DNA of 64,000 nt from Mizuhopecten yessoensis (GCF_002113885.1 NW_018408896.1:2464858-2528857), one strand, 5' to 3'. Shown: positions 49,624 to 63,865, numbered from the stretch's first letter. A program made the numbers and translations. The notes: a model not told the origin generated them from the letters alone.

Positions 49624-50958
49624 CAGGCGCGTAGCTGCCACGTAAGCAAATATGCAGTTGCATGCACATCAAAAATTCAAATATACTATTATATTTTTAT
49701 TTATTTATTTATTGATTTTGTAGTTCGGAAAAGTGATTAAATGATATGTGGTTCATTTGAAAAATAAATTTAATTTAACTATAACCGACAGCCGCCCGAC
49801 AATCAGTACGTATCCGAAAGTTCCAACCTATATGTATCTGGTGCCGATTTTATTATTAGTATTTTTAAAGTTGTCAACATGAAACATGACTGCAAAGCCA
49901 ACGAAAAACTCGCATCATCTTCGAAGAACGAGTTGATACATGACTTCTTCCAAGCAGCTGTAGGTTCAGATGAAACAACATCCTCTTGCGACATTAACTT
50001 ATTAGTATTAGGGCCTAGTAATGCCGGACCTACCGAACACAGTTCTGATCAGTCTGACTGTTGTTACCCCTGATATCGGGAATACAAGTGAGGCCGAGAT
50101 ATCGATATCCTGTCAAAAAGATGGGAAAAAGCTCACGAGTTCAAATTCCATACACGGCAACATTTTAACAAGCGATTGTAATGAAATACAACTAAGTCAA
50201 CGGAGGCAGGTTGTTTTTCCGGAATGGATGTATTTTTGTGTAATTTTTTCACCAATAAAAGGTCTTCCGAATAACAATTATAGATTGATTTGTTACTAGC
50301 ATTGTTTTTATAGGTTTTAGGGCGGATATATGCGCGTATAGGATCCATCTGGGTTTTACATTCACTTCGCCTGCAAATGTAATATGAAAAAGGCAAAGCC
50401 CCAAAGTCAGAAAAAAGCCACGTACATGTAGCTTTTGCTAATCTGTGACATTATATAGGCCTTCATTTGTCCCTGTCATGAACTGATAAAGTATTTTTTA
50501 AGAGTAGTCCTAGGCCTATCTTCAGTAGGGCTACTGGATATATATGTATACATGTATCTAAACATCGATATAGGAGCTACTGTCATCTTAGTTCTGAGAA
50601 ATGTTGATGATATGAAAAGGATTTGTGGGACACAACAGCAAAAAATCTGAAATTAATCTGTTCATATTGGCTCCGACATTTTAAATATCTAGTTAATTTA
50701 GATTCATCTGGAAAGAGATATGACGCAACAGATATTTTCGGTTAATTCCAACAATCGACACATTTTTGTCGGAGAGAAAAAGGAGAAAAATGTGCTGTCT
50801 TTCGCATTTGAAATACATTTGAATTTTTGCGATGCTTTCGAATAATAAAATGAATGAATCAACCCAAAAATGTTGTCTGTAAATTATATTTAAACACTCA
50901 AATATGTATCTAAAAAGCCACCAGATGGCACGATAGTGCTTCTAGATCTAAAAAAAAT
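49624..50958 (+). mobile_element. hAT-like element, right end deleted (same junction as unit 1)
   Basis: GCGAT|CAGGCGCGTAGCT start; fused at the poly-A to a gag fragment. Confidence 0.8.
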
Positions 50959-51200
50959 GGGAATTGTAGTCAACCCACGAGGTGGAACCATCATATGTTG
51001 CAGCCTTCATATGTCTGACCTTCATTGGAGTGTTGCGTGGTTTTCTGGTATACTCTTGTTCTTCATCATCCTCACTACCGCTGTCCTGCTCATATACTGG
51101 CCTCCTGCGACGTCTCTGAGAATTCCTTTGGGTCACCCAATCATGACTACCTCCATCAATGTCACCAACATAGTCAGGGAGCTGCTCTGTTCTTGAACGG
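50958..51200 (-). mobile_element. Gypsy-type gag fragment (copy of 15631-15875)
   Basis: MKAATYDGSTSWVDYNSHF motif; nearly identical to the first copy. Confidence 0.65.
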
Positions 51201-53231
51201 TATATTCTCAACCATTTATGGTATTGAACATATAAAAAGGGAATCACAGATTCTTCAGAATTTCAATAGAACTTTAAAGAGTAAGTTTTCTTTTATGTAG
51301 CAATTGTATGTATATTAAGGAATACCTTATTTATATTGCGATTTACCTCTAGTATTAAGATAAAGATAAGATCACTTCCAAGTTCTGTTACAAACATATC
51401 AGTGATCCTTAACTTTCCTTCTCATAGCAGTAACAAACCAGGCTCCTTTAATAACGCTGATTACATACCATAATTAGGTCGCTACTACAGAGTAACATAC
51501 CAGGTTCCTTTTATATTCCTGATTACATACCATAATTAGGTCGCTACTACAGAGCCTTCAGTACCTATCAGGATTAACTAGGTGTATACAATCTGTTCAT
51601 GATCACTGTTAAACTAATTCGACAAAGTTTTCTTACCGGGATGATTTAAGAGATGAACTTTACGGTGGTGATCACGACCTGTTGTCGACTTATGGTAATT
51701 CAGTGTCCACTATAATGAAAGATTAAAATATTTACTTGAATTGTTACCTTCCTTATTCTTCATCTGTATTTACAAAAGAACACTTCTGTTGTAATTTGTA
51801 CACATGACATGACAAGAAACTGGTTTCAAATACAGATTTTCGTCAGATAAAATATAATTACATCTTCTTTTGATCATATTTCAGTCAGTATGGCATTCCT
51901 ACTTTGTTTAACCCTTCATTTAGTAAACTGTAATTTTGCTGGTTCATATGGAGATGTGCGCTTACGTTCGTTATGTACACATAATAGGCCCACTACAAAA
52001 GTAACTTGATATGCTGATAACGTCAGAAAACTAGATGGTTTTTTTATTTTTCTCGTGTATCAATAAACACACGTTTTAACTCTAACTGGTACTGAATACC
52101 GAAAAATAATCGCTGCAGTTTAATTTTCGCCCTTTTCGCTCTCCGTAATGAGGGCGAATTTTTCATTTCAGCAACTATTTGTAAACCACATTATATACAT
52201 AGTATTTAAATTTTAAGGGAGAACTAATATTCGAAAATGACCTACCGTCGAATGGTCCAAACTTTCCCGGTATACAGTATACCTAAGTTAAGTTGTAATG
52301 GTATGCTATAATTGTCGTTAATTTACACGGACACAACCTCAGGATTGTTATGAAAGCTGTTTTGTTTTATTTTTACAACTCGCTATAGGAACCAGAAATG
52401 TACAAAGTAGAGTAAGAGTACTTCATTTACCAAGCCGTATCAAAGATATTCCATGTAAACACAGTTATATAGAAGTTCCCCAGCGAGCGACGGTTTGTTA
52501 TCATGTTTATCTAATTGTATAGTTAATTTTCAAAAGACATGAGGTTGAACGAGTGTGTTTTACAATTTGAAAACTAACCAACGGAGATAGCAAAGAATCC
52601 TGATGATCAACCATCACGGGTTTGGGGTCATTTTTCTCCAACAATATCTAGATATTATATCTAGAAATCTTTTTTTTTTTTTTTGAGAATGCATAATTCC
52701 TGTTTCCAGTACGGGACACAATTGCTATGAGCTATGACGTCACAATAGAAGATGACGTCGCAAAGTATTACCATCTGACGTCATAAGTAGAAGATTGTCC
52801 AGGGTGTTACCAAAAAATTATTCACCAACTCCAAGCAGGTTTGTCCAAAGAGGCGGGAGTGAGGAAAACTATCGTGGTTGATGGGGAAATGTGAAACTTA
52901 AATTATTGCTTATAGTTCACAAATATGACGATTAATAAATCAGCACATAAACCTTTATTCCGACATTGATTTCAATATTTAGCAAGTATGTACAAATACA
53001 AAAACTACATAAAGTATGCCTATTCGTTTTTTCAATATTTTCATCAAATTACATAACATATTTCAATCGTTTGACACAGCCCGACACACCAGCACGTTAG
53101 TTTAGGGATTGTCATTTCAATGGTAAGGTGTAGATCATGAATACAAAAACAAAATTATCTGTATGACAAGTTAGGTAATTACATATGATATCAAAAAGAG
53201 TGTGTGTTTAGATGGTACTCCGGCTAATACA

Positions 53232-56200
53232 TTCATATTTCACACATAGATATAGTACAATCAACTAACATTTCATACAAACGTATTGTACAATCAATCA
53301 ACATTTCATACAAACGCATAGTACAATCAGTTAACATATCATACAAACGTTTAATATATTCAATCATCATCTCATACAAACGTGTAGTACAATCAAATAA
53401 CATTGCATACAAACCTATGGTTCAATCAATCACTTTTTCATACAAACCTATAGAATAATCAATCAAAAGTTCAAACAAACCTATAGTAAAATCAATCAAT
53501 ATTTCATACAAACGCACAGTATAATCAATCAACATTTCAAACAAACAGATTGTATAATCAATCAACATTTCATACACACGTATGATATAATCAATCAGCA
53601 TTTCATACAAACGTATAATATAATCAATCAACATTTCATACAAACGCACAGTATAATCAATCAATATTTCAACAAATGTATAGTACAATCAAACACTTTT
53701 TCATACAAACCTATAGTTTAATGAATCAACAGTTAAAACAAACCTATAGTATAATCAATCAACATTTCAAACAAACGTAAGGTATAATCAATCAACATTT
53801 TATACAAACGTTTAGTACAATCAGTTAATATTTCATACAAACGTATAATATGATCAATAAACATCTCATACAAACGTGTAGTACAATCAAATAACATTTC
53901 ATACAAACCTATGGTACAATCAATCACTTTCATATAAACCTATAGTATTATCAATTAAAAGTTCAGAAAAACCTAAAGTATAATTAATCAACATTTCAAA
54001 CAAACGAATAGTTTAATCAATCAACATTTCATACAAACGTTTAGTACAATCAATTAACCTTTCATACAAACGTATAATATAATCAATCAACATTTCATAC
54101 AATCGTACAGTATAATCACTCAACATTTCAAACAAACGTATAGTACAATCAATCAACATTTCAAACAAACGTAAAGTACAATCAATAAACATTTCATACA
54201 AACGTGTAGTACAATCAATAAACATTTCATACAAATATATGGTACAATCAATTAACGTTTCATACTAACGTATAGTAAAATCAATTAACATTTTATACCA
54301 ACGTATAGTACAATCAATCAAAATTTCATACAAATGCGTAGTTCAATCAATTAACATTTAATACAAACGCATAGTACAATCAATTAACATTTCATACAAA
54401 CGTATAATATAATCAATCAACGTCTCATACAAACGTGTAGTACAATCAATCACTTTTTCATACAAACCTATAGTATGATCATTCAACATTTCATACAACC
54501 GTACAGTATAATCACTCAACATTTCAAACAAACGTATAGTACAATCAATCAACATTTCAAACAAACGTTTAGTACAATTAATTAACATTTCATACAAGCG
54601 TTTAATATAATCAATCAACATTTCATACAATCGTACAGTATAATCAATCAACATTTCAAACAAGCGTATAGTACAATCAATTAATGTTTCATACTAACGT
54701 ATAGTACAATCAATCACTTTTTCATACAAACCTATAGTATAATCAATCAAAATTTCATACATACGTTTAGTACAATTAATTAACATTTCATACAAGCGTT
54801 TAATATAATCAATCAACATTTCATACAAACGTATAGTACAATTAAATAACATTTCATACAAACGTATTGTACAATCAATAAACATTTCATACAAATATAT
54901 GGTATAATCAATCAAAATTTCATACATACGTTTAGTACAATTAATTAACATTTCATACAAGCGTTTAATATAATCAATCAACATTTCATACAATCGTACA
55001 GTATAATCAATCAACATTTCAAACAAACGTATAGTACAATCAATCAACATTTCAAACAAACGTATAGCACAATCAATCAACATTTCATACAACCGTGTAG
55101 TATAATCAATCAACATTTCACACAACCGTACAGTATAATCACTCAACATTTCAAACAAACGTAAAGTACAATCAATAAACATTTCATACAAACGTGTAGT
55201 AAAATCAATAAAAATTTAATACAAAGATATGGTACAATCAATTAACGTCTCATACTAACGTATAGTAAAATCAATTAACATTTTATACCAACGTATAGGA
55301 CAATCAATCAAAATTTCATACAAATGCGTAGTTCAATCAATTAACATTTCATACAAACGCATTGTACAATCAATTAACATTTCATACAAACGTATAGTAC
55401 AATCAATCAAAATTTCATACATACGTTTAGTACAATTAATTAACATTTCATACAAGCGTTTAATATAATCAATCAACATTTCATACAAACGTATAGTACA
55501 ATCAATCAAAATTTCATACAAATGCGTAGTTCAATCAATTAACATTTCATACAAACGCATAGTACAATCAATTAACATTTCATACAAACGTATAATATAA
55601 TCAATCAACGTCTCATACAAACGTGTAGTACAATCAATCACTTTATCATACAAACCTATAGTATGATCATTCAACATTTCATACAACCGTACAGTATAAT
55701 CACTCAACATTTCAAACAAACGTATAGTACAATCAATCAACATTTCAAACAAACGTTTAGTACAATTAATTAACATTTCATACAAGCGTTTAATATAATC
55801 AATCAACATTTCATACAAACGTACAGTATAATCAATCATATTTCATACAAACGTATTGTACAATCAATCAACATTTCATACAACCGTGTAGTATAATCAA
55901 TCAACATTTCATACAAACGTATAGTACAATTAAATAACATTTCATACAAACGTATAGTACAATCAATAAACATTTCATACAAACGTGTAGTACAATCAAT
56001 AAACATTTCATACAAATATATGGTATAATCAATCAAAATTTCATACATACGTTTTGTACAATTAATTAACATTTCATACAAGCGTTTTATATAATCAATC
56101 AACATTTCATACAAACGTACAGTATAATCAATCAACATTTCAAACAAACGTTTAGTACAATTAATTAACATGTCATACAAACGTATAATATAATCAACCA

Positions 56201-57350
56201 ACATATCATTCAAACGTATACTGCTATCAATCAATCACTTTTTCATACAAACCTATAGTATAATCAATCAAAATTTCATACATACGTTTTGTACAATTAA
56301 TCAACATTTCATACAAGCGTTTTATATAATCAATCAACATTTCATACAAAAGTATAGTGCAATCAATCAACATTTCATACAACCGTGTAGTATAATCAAT
56401 CAACATTTCATACAAAAGTATAGTGCAATCAATCAACATTTCATACAACCGTGTAGTATAATCAATCAACATTTCATACAAACGTTTAGTACAATTAATT
56501 AACATGTCATACAAACGTATAATATAATCAATCAACATCTCATACAAACGTATAGTGCTATCAATCAATCACTTTTTCATACAAACCTATAGTATAATCA
56601 GTTAACGTTTCATACAAACGTATAGTCAATCAGTTAACATTTCATACAAAAGTATAGTACAATCAGTTAACATTTCATACAAAAGTATAGCACAATCAGT
56701 TAACATTTCATACAAACGTATAGTACAATCAGCTAACATTTCATACAAACCTATAATATAAAATCAGTTAACGTTTCATACAAAAGCATAGTACAATCAA
56801 TCAACATTTCATACAAATGTATAGTACAATCAATTAACATTTCATATAAACCTCAAGTATAATCAGTTAACGTTTCATACAATATTATAGTACAATCAAT
56901 CAACATTTCATACAAACGTATAGTGCTATCAATCAATCACTTTTTCTTACAAACCTATAGTATAATCAGTTAACGTTTCATACAAACGTATAGTCAATCA
57001 GTTAACATTTCATACAAAAGTATAGTACAATCAGTTAACATTTCATACAAAAGTATAGCACAATCAGTTAACATTTCATACAAACGTATAGTACAATCAG
57101 CTAACATTTCATATAAACCTAAAGTATAATCAGTTAACGTTTCATACAATAGTATAGTACAATCAATCAACATTTCATACAAACGTACAGTACAATCAAT
57201 CACTATTTCATACAAACGTATAGTACAATCAATCAACATTTCATACAAACGTATAGTACAATCAATCAACATTTCATACAGACGTACAGTACAATCAATC
57301 ACTATTTCATACAAACGTATAGTACAAACAGTTAACGTTTCATAAACCAT
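53232..57350. repeat. 33-bp minisatellite, about 125 copies with higher-order blocks
   Basis: Same monomer as the 17915 array. A multi-unit block at ~54331 recurs at ~55519 (offset 1188 = 36 x 33). Confidence 0.97.
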
Positions 57351-57972
57351 AGACAGTTTAACTCTGCACTTTATCACAGCATGAACAAATTATATCCCAC
57401 ACTTTCATGGACACACTTTGTAACAAGTCATGCACGAACACTTCGGACGCATACATACCATAATACACTTCAACTTCATTAAAACACATATTTACCACAT
57501 TTCATTAAAACATAAACAGATGATACATCCATATTTCTCACTGGTACTTTGACCAATAATATAAACTGTTATTAACACAAACATATCACAAAATCACATC
57601 CTGATTGTGTTTTTCTTGTCAATATATAAATGTTAAGATAAGTAATGACGAAACAATCCATTTAAGCATTACTTTGTCAGTCCTTAACTTAGCGATGTAT
57701 CGTAATGTTTGAGATAAACAGTGTTTATGAGAATATGATTTTCCTAATAGAAAACTTGAGACTTTATAGGAGTAAAACTATACATCTATTGTAATACAAA
57801 CAAAGACTAGTACGTCTTTAGCATCGTTGTTTGACGAGTATATTGGTATTGGTATTCCTGACACGACCATGCTCTAATTATAGGTTATACTTTCATATCA
57901 ACTAAATCGCACACTACCAGCATACTACTGTCGGTTTATGGTTCGTCTGTTTACTTAGATCGTTGTTACTGA

Positions 57973-59961
57973 TCATACAAGTTTAAAGATCTGTACGTAG
58001 TTCCTATTCTGTGATGATTCGTTTGTCACAACAAACCTGTCCCCACAGACAGATATCGCCCTCGGCCTGTCTACACCGTCTGATGACGTCAGTAGTTCTC
58101 TGACGTGGGCCCCTTCCTCCGACATTTGTACCACGTTGTTAGACTCCCGCCCACACACGTACACATTGCCTTCTACGTCGACGTCTACTCCAAACGCGCC
58201 CTTCAGGACACCAACTGTCGCCACGTCTGTACGAGTACCGTGTGACAGTCTGTATACCGCTACTCTGCCACTGGTGGATGTCACCTGACTGACATATAAA
58301 TGAAGGGTTCTTGGATCGGACACAAGATGATGGCATTGAGAAGGGCAAGTTTGTATATGTTGCGTATTCCCATTCTGTTGGACATTGTACAAGTCCTGCC
58401 TGGAACTCACAGTGAACCCGTCAACTGTAGCAGTGATACCCCACGGAATGATACTGTTTGAGAGTTTTATTTCTAACATCAGAGTTAATTTAGAGGACCC
58501 CACTGTGATGACGTATATAACAGGCGCAGCTATGTTAGCGACTGCTACAGTGTGATCATTCACACGACACATGTCATGCGGTGTTCCTTGAAGCTTCATC
58601 TCATCTTCACATTCCCCAGAAGCTGTAAACAACTTGATCTTTTTGTTGTGATAATCTCCTATAACAATATGATCGTCCGGTAAGTAAACGACCCCAGATG
58701 CATGACAGTATAAGTCATCTGATGGACACTTGATGCAGAACTTGCTTACCTCCCTCACTCCACATTCCGACAAGTGAGACGACAAAAGACCAGGAAGACG
58801 ATAAGGAGTCTTCTCCATTTTGATTTTCCCCATAGACAATGGAATGTCCTTATCCAGCGTTTGAAGATTCAGGTCGACGCTGTGTTTGATTCTGACTGTG
58901 GTGAACTTCTTCCTCATTTCTGTGACCAGGTCCTCGTAAGACTTGACCTCCGCCTGACCTCTCTGATACAACAAGATCGTGTCCACACTGTCATTCCTCT
59001 GAATCGCTTTCCCAGAAGATTCTACTGTATTTTGAATCGAAGACATCAGCCGTTCACATTTCTGCATAGACATCTCCAGACTATCTTTCTCCTCTTTGTA
59101 AGTTGCTATCAGCTCATCTGTGATATTTTTCTGCATGGTATCAAGACGTGTGTCGATCCTTTGTCGTAGATCTGCTAAACTTTTCAATCCGGTGTCTTGA
59201 TCTTCTAACAGGGTCTGAAGTTGCTCACCAAACTCTTTGATCAGTAGCTCAATGGCTTCTGTAGTTTTCTTCAGTGATGTCTTCAAGTCATCCAGCCGTG
59301 ATTCCCTCTTCAGTTTATCACAATACTCCAGTGTCGTTGTCACTTCGTCACATCGTCTGTGGTCTATGGTGATACATCTACTACAGCCAAGTATCTGGTG
59401 ATCTTCACAGTAGTAATCCATCTTCTTTGTATGTTTTCCACATCTGACCTGTTTTGTTACTTGTCGTTGTACCATACCGGCTTTCCCAGTTACATCTACT
59501 GTTTCACATCCTTCCAGAAACAAATCATGATGTTCAAGTTTACAGGTATCACAGAACAGGACATCACATGTTTTACACAATATTGTAGCAGGTGTCTCCG
59601 TGTTTCCTTTTTTCCCGCAAGGCTTACAGAACATCAGCTCACGTGCTGTGACCTTTACCTGGTCTTTAACCAACTCATTCGTTGGGAATTGTTGAGCCCA
59701 TTTATCTTTGTCCTCAGCCGCATTGACCGGATGGGTCATCTTCCTACAAACTGGACATGGGAAGGCAGTCGCCGCCGCCATCTTCCCTGACAGGTCCTTG
59801 ATGATGAAAGTGGACAGACATTCCTGACAGAAGGAATGAAGACAGGGGAGCGACTTGGGTTGGTGTAGCTGTTCCAGACAGATCGGACAATCTAACAAGT
59901 GGGAATCCATCTCAGGTTTGGAGATCTCAGAGACTTCATGAGAACATCCTCCTTTAGCCAT
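57973..59961 (-). CDS. TRIM-NHL-like E3 ubiquitin ligase copy 4 (662 aa)
   Basis: RING, two B-boxes, coiled coil, NHL-like repeats. ATG (MAKGG) at 59961 follows a CAG acceptor. Confidence 0.95.
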   Translation of the reverse strand: MAKGGCSHEVSEISKPEMDSHLLDCPICLEQLHQPKSLPCLHSFCQECLSTFIIKDLSGKMAAATAFPCPVCRKMTHPVNAAEDKDKWAQQFPTNELVKDQVKVTARELMFCKPCGKKGNTETPATILCKTCDVLFCDTCKLEHHDLFLEGCETVDVTGKAGMVQRQVTKQVRCGKHTKKMDYYCEDHQILGCSRCITIDHRRCDEVTTTLEYCDKLKRESRLDDLKTSLKKTTEAIELLIKEFGEQLQTLLEDQDTGLKSLADLRQRIDTRLDTMQKNITDELIATYKEEKDSLEMSMQKCERLMSSIQNTVESSGKAIQRNDSVDTILLYQRGQAEVKSYEDLVTEMRKKFTTVRIKHSVDLNLQTLDKDIPLSMGKIKMEKTPYRLPGLLSSHLSECGVREVSKFCIKCPSDDLYCHASGVVYLPDDHIVIGDYHNKKIKLFTASGECEDEMKLQGTPHDMCRVNDHTVAVANIAAPVIYVITVGSSKLTLMLEIKLSNSIIPWGITATVDGFTVSSRQDLYNVQQNGNTQHIQTCPSQCHHLVSDPRTLHLYVSQVTSTSGRVAVYRLSHGTRTDVATVGVLKGAFGVDVDVEGNVYVCGRESNNVVQMSEEGAHVRELLTSSDGVDRPRAISVCGDRFVVTNESSQNRNYVQIFKLV

Positions 59962-60202
59962 CACGTTTGAAGAGTAATGGTGTCTGTCAATGTAGAACTA
60001 AATGGAAAATTTAATGTTATTATTGATGTTAATGTATGACTTGGCATGGATTTCAAAATTATGAAAGGTCTTGGTGCGAGGAACTTTAAAGGGTTGTGTG
60101 ATAGTATAGTTATGTTATGAAAGAATGTGGTGCGAGGACCCTTACTGTTTGTGTGTTACCTATATATAAGAATGTGAGTAATGGGAGTAGTTTTAGTCAC
60201 CA

Positions 60203-60272
60203 GACATCATCGGACATTTCATTGAACATCACCGGACATTTCATTGGACATCACCGGACATTACATTGGACA
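60203..60272. repeat. Three ~21-bp tandem repeats (ACATCACCGGACATTTCATTG)
   Basis: Single copy at the paralogous site (~44637). Confidence 0.8.
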
Positions 60273-60974
60273 GAGCTATCAACTGCATAATTTTTTAACT
60301 TGACTAACATCACTCAGCACTTAGGCATTGGAAAGTATAAGACCTTTTTTGAAGTTTTGGAAGTGTATTTTGAAGAAAATTAGAGGAGCGGGTGAGTTTT
60401 TATATTATTTATATGTATTCTGTTCTTAACTATCAAAATATTCAGAAATATTGATAAAGTATAAGTTTAATAATTGTTCTTTATAATTTCTTCATTCAAA
60501 CTTTAAGTAATCAGTATTGATTTTATAAGATGTTATTTACTTATTTCAGTGATATACGTTTCAAGTATCATTGTGGTATCGTATATGTAAGATTTATGTC
60601 CCTTGATGATACTAGACTATAATGAGAGGTTTGATTGAGCAGATACGTATATTTATAATATATACGTCTCTGGAGGTAGTGTGTATTAATGTGCCGTATT
60701 TATGTACTTACAGGGTTAATTTTTTAAAACACATCAGAATAAAACTCAAGAACGAACCCGACAGTGTCTGTGGATTTTTATCACACCTCAATCATAACAC
60801 TGTAACACTAATATCTGATATGTTTGTGACAGATACACAAATGTGTTTCTTTTGTACGAATACAGACTGATCTCACACGAAATGTATTGTAACTTTGGCA
60901 ATAAAATGTGGCTATGCTGGAAAAATCTTAACAACTACGACAATTAACAAATTTATGTGTATCTAATATGTTTT

Positions 60975-61420
60975 TATACACGTGAGTACACGTGGATATA
61001 ACTGTAGGGTAAGATTTATAATAAACTTGTATACACGTGGATATTAGTATTGTGTGAGATATATAATATACTTGTATACAAGTAGATATTTGTATCGTGT
61101 GAGATATAAAATACACTTGTTATACACGTGGATATTAGTATTGTGTGAGATATATAATATACTTGTATACACGTAGAAATACATATCGTGTAAGATATAT
61201 TATACACTTGTATACACGTAAGTATTTGTATTGTGTGAGATTTGTACACGTAGATATTAGTTTATATTACACGTAGATAATGATATCGAGTGGGATTTTT
61301 AACACTCTGTTTTACATGTATTAGTATCGGGTAAGATTTGTAATACACGTCTGTACATGCCGATATTTGTTTTAAGTAAGATTTGAAATACACGTTTTTA
61401 CACGTGAAAATTAATATCAA
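60975..61420. repeat. Diverged intronic 45-bp minisatellite of copy 4
   Basis: ACACGT(A/G)GATAT..GTGTGAGAT units at the same intronic position as in the other units. Confidence 0.75.
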
Positions 61421-62650
61421 GTACGATTTGTAATGCAGATGTATATACTTGGATTTTAGTATGAAATGAATTGAAATAGTGAAATAATGAAACAATCTAG
61501 AGTAGTATTGGTTAATTTCAAATAAAGAATCAATAAAGTGTGTTTATATAATGAACTGTGACACTCCTCAAAAAATATCGTTGTGGCTATCGTGGTTTCA
61601 ACAAACCTCTGGGACTAAGAAATCAACCATCAGAGTCTATCACTTTGTGTCTTTAAAGATGAAGTAATACTCACACGTGATTACACATATATATTTTAGT
61701 AAAAGGTAATGTATCCCAAACATTAATTACACTGCACGATACAGCTAACTCGTCTTTCTAGGTCCTATTTGTGATGCTGAGGACCAAAGATGTGAAAATC
61801 CGAATTGTTCTAAACTACTGTTGTAACAGAAAAGGATGTACTTAAATAGATACATCTAATAACGAAAATAATGGGTGATAATCTAGATGTCGGGGAAAGT
61901 TGAATTGATCAGATCTACTTTCGATCTCCGTACAATACATAAATAAACAACATCAAAGAATTTGTCCTAGACCACAAGTGTATTTGAGATTTGATGAATA
62001 CATGCTAAAGAAAAACTCAGGTTCAGCGGTCAACATAAACATTTAATTATTTTCAAGTATATGTGTGATAAGAAGGGACGGAGACAGAAGACATGGATGA
62101 TATATTGGGCTACATTTTATGTTTTCCAGTAAAACCAACTTAAAGATAGTGATATTTTATATAATAAATGGCAAATCACAATAAATATATATAGATATAT
62201 ATATATCTTGATTCCATGTCACAATCTCTAATTCGCTAGCTAGACAGTAGTATTACAAACTGACTTCCGAATTTCTTTTAACTCCAAGTACTTTCGATAT
62301 CTATATACGTAACAAAGGCAACTATATATGCACTGCCCATTTCCCGTATCTTGTATACACACTTTACGACAAGAAATACAAGTAAATATAAAAAGATAAG
62401 TTGTTCTCCAATTTCTATAGACTCCATTTTAACACAATGCTCACCTTGTAGTCCATATTAAGCCGACAAAGATGTGTATTTCGACAGTTGTCGTAGGGAA
62501 TCTAGATCTCTGAGCAGTCCTGTGATCGCTATGTCAAACTAATACAAAACCGGAACGACGGGACACAAAATTCCGGAAATACAGTATTTCGTCGTTAAAC
62601 TGAAAAATGGTTAGTAAAACAAGTATGCGTACAAATATAAAGAGTATTTG

Positions 62651-63376
62651 TATGGTGGCATATTTCTGCCATCCACTTGCGACTTACGAGTTACGTATGT
62701 CGACATAATTATTGAAAGATGTCGACATAATCTGAGAAGATGTCGACATAACTTTTAAATTATGTCGACATATTATCACATTTGCCGAGATAATTTTGCC
62801 GAGATAATTATCTCGTAAGTGGGTAACTCGGCTTTTTATCGTGTTAATGCTCGGGTGTGACATCGACTTACGACTTGCCACTTACGACTTATTTATGTAA
62901 AATCCCTCTTTGATTGATAAACTCTGTACATCATAGTAACCTACTGTAATATCCATATCTTTGATTTCCCATATTTACATTGATTTTACCAAGTTACTCA
63001 CCAGTATAGTCACCACTGTTCAGTCACCATCAGCCCACCTTCGCGGTCCTCGTGCACAAGCCTCGTTTTGGTAAGTCGGCAATAATCTACTAGGATGTCG
63101 ACATAAATAAGTCGTAAGTGGCAAGTCGTAAGTGGCAAGTCGATGTCACACCCGAGCATTAACACGATAAAAAGCCGAGTTACCCACTTACGAGATAATT
63201 ATCTCGGCAAAATTATCTCGGCAAATGTGATAATATGTCGACATAATTTAACAGTTATGTCGACATCTTCTCAGATTATGTCGACATATTCTCAGATTAT
63301 GTCGACATCTTTCAATAATTATGTCGACATACGTAACTCGTAAGTCGCAAGTGGATGGCAGAAATATGCCACCATA
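62651..63376. mobile_element. IS3EU-type non-autonomous foldback DNA transposon, 726 bp
   Basis: Near-perfect long TIRs (62651-62898 and 63101-63376) with ATGTCGACAT subrepeats. Termini TATGG..CCATA, 6-bp TSD TATTTG (62645-62650, 63377-63382). Empty site visible at ~13210-13240. Confidence 0.85.
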
Positions 63377-63549
63377 TATTTGTCATTCTGAAATAATGCA
63401 TGTCATTTGGGTGATGTGATAATAACATTAAAGTATGGCGAGGTTTGAACCATTGGGCATTGGATAGCGAGGTTTGGGCTTTGTATAACATAACAAGTGG
63501 CCCAAGGGTACGGAAACGTAAATGGACCTCTACTTGTTGTAATAAATGT

Positions 63550-63865
63550 CACTTTATCGACATAAGGTATGTCGACTTAACGACATTTTACACAAGATCT
63601 CGTTATATAAATGTCGATATTTCATGTTATATCATAACTTGTCAAAATAATTTACACGTGGAAAAATAATGTCGAAATGTGGAAACTCGTCTTAAATTGT
63701 ACGTCGATAACTAAAAGTCGATGTATTGTGTTCTATTATAATTTATCGTAATGATTAAGTTAATTATGCCGATAAGATAAATCGAATTTTAATTAACTCG
63801 ACATAAATATGTTTGCATGTTATGATCAATTATATATAGCAAGATAATTATGTTGACATAACGTT
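63550..63865. repeat. Degenerate ATGTCGACAT-type subrepeat tract
   Basis: Decayed TGTCGA/CGACAT motifs similar to the TIR subrepeats of the adjacent element; probably an older relative. Confidence 0.45.

Noticed and set aside
62684-63343. Two near-identical ~65-aa ORFs on opposite strands
   Set aside because: Mirror images produced by the long TIRs of the foldback element.
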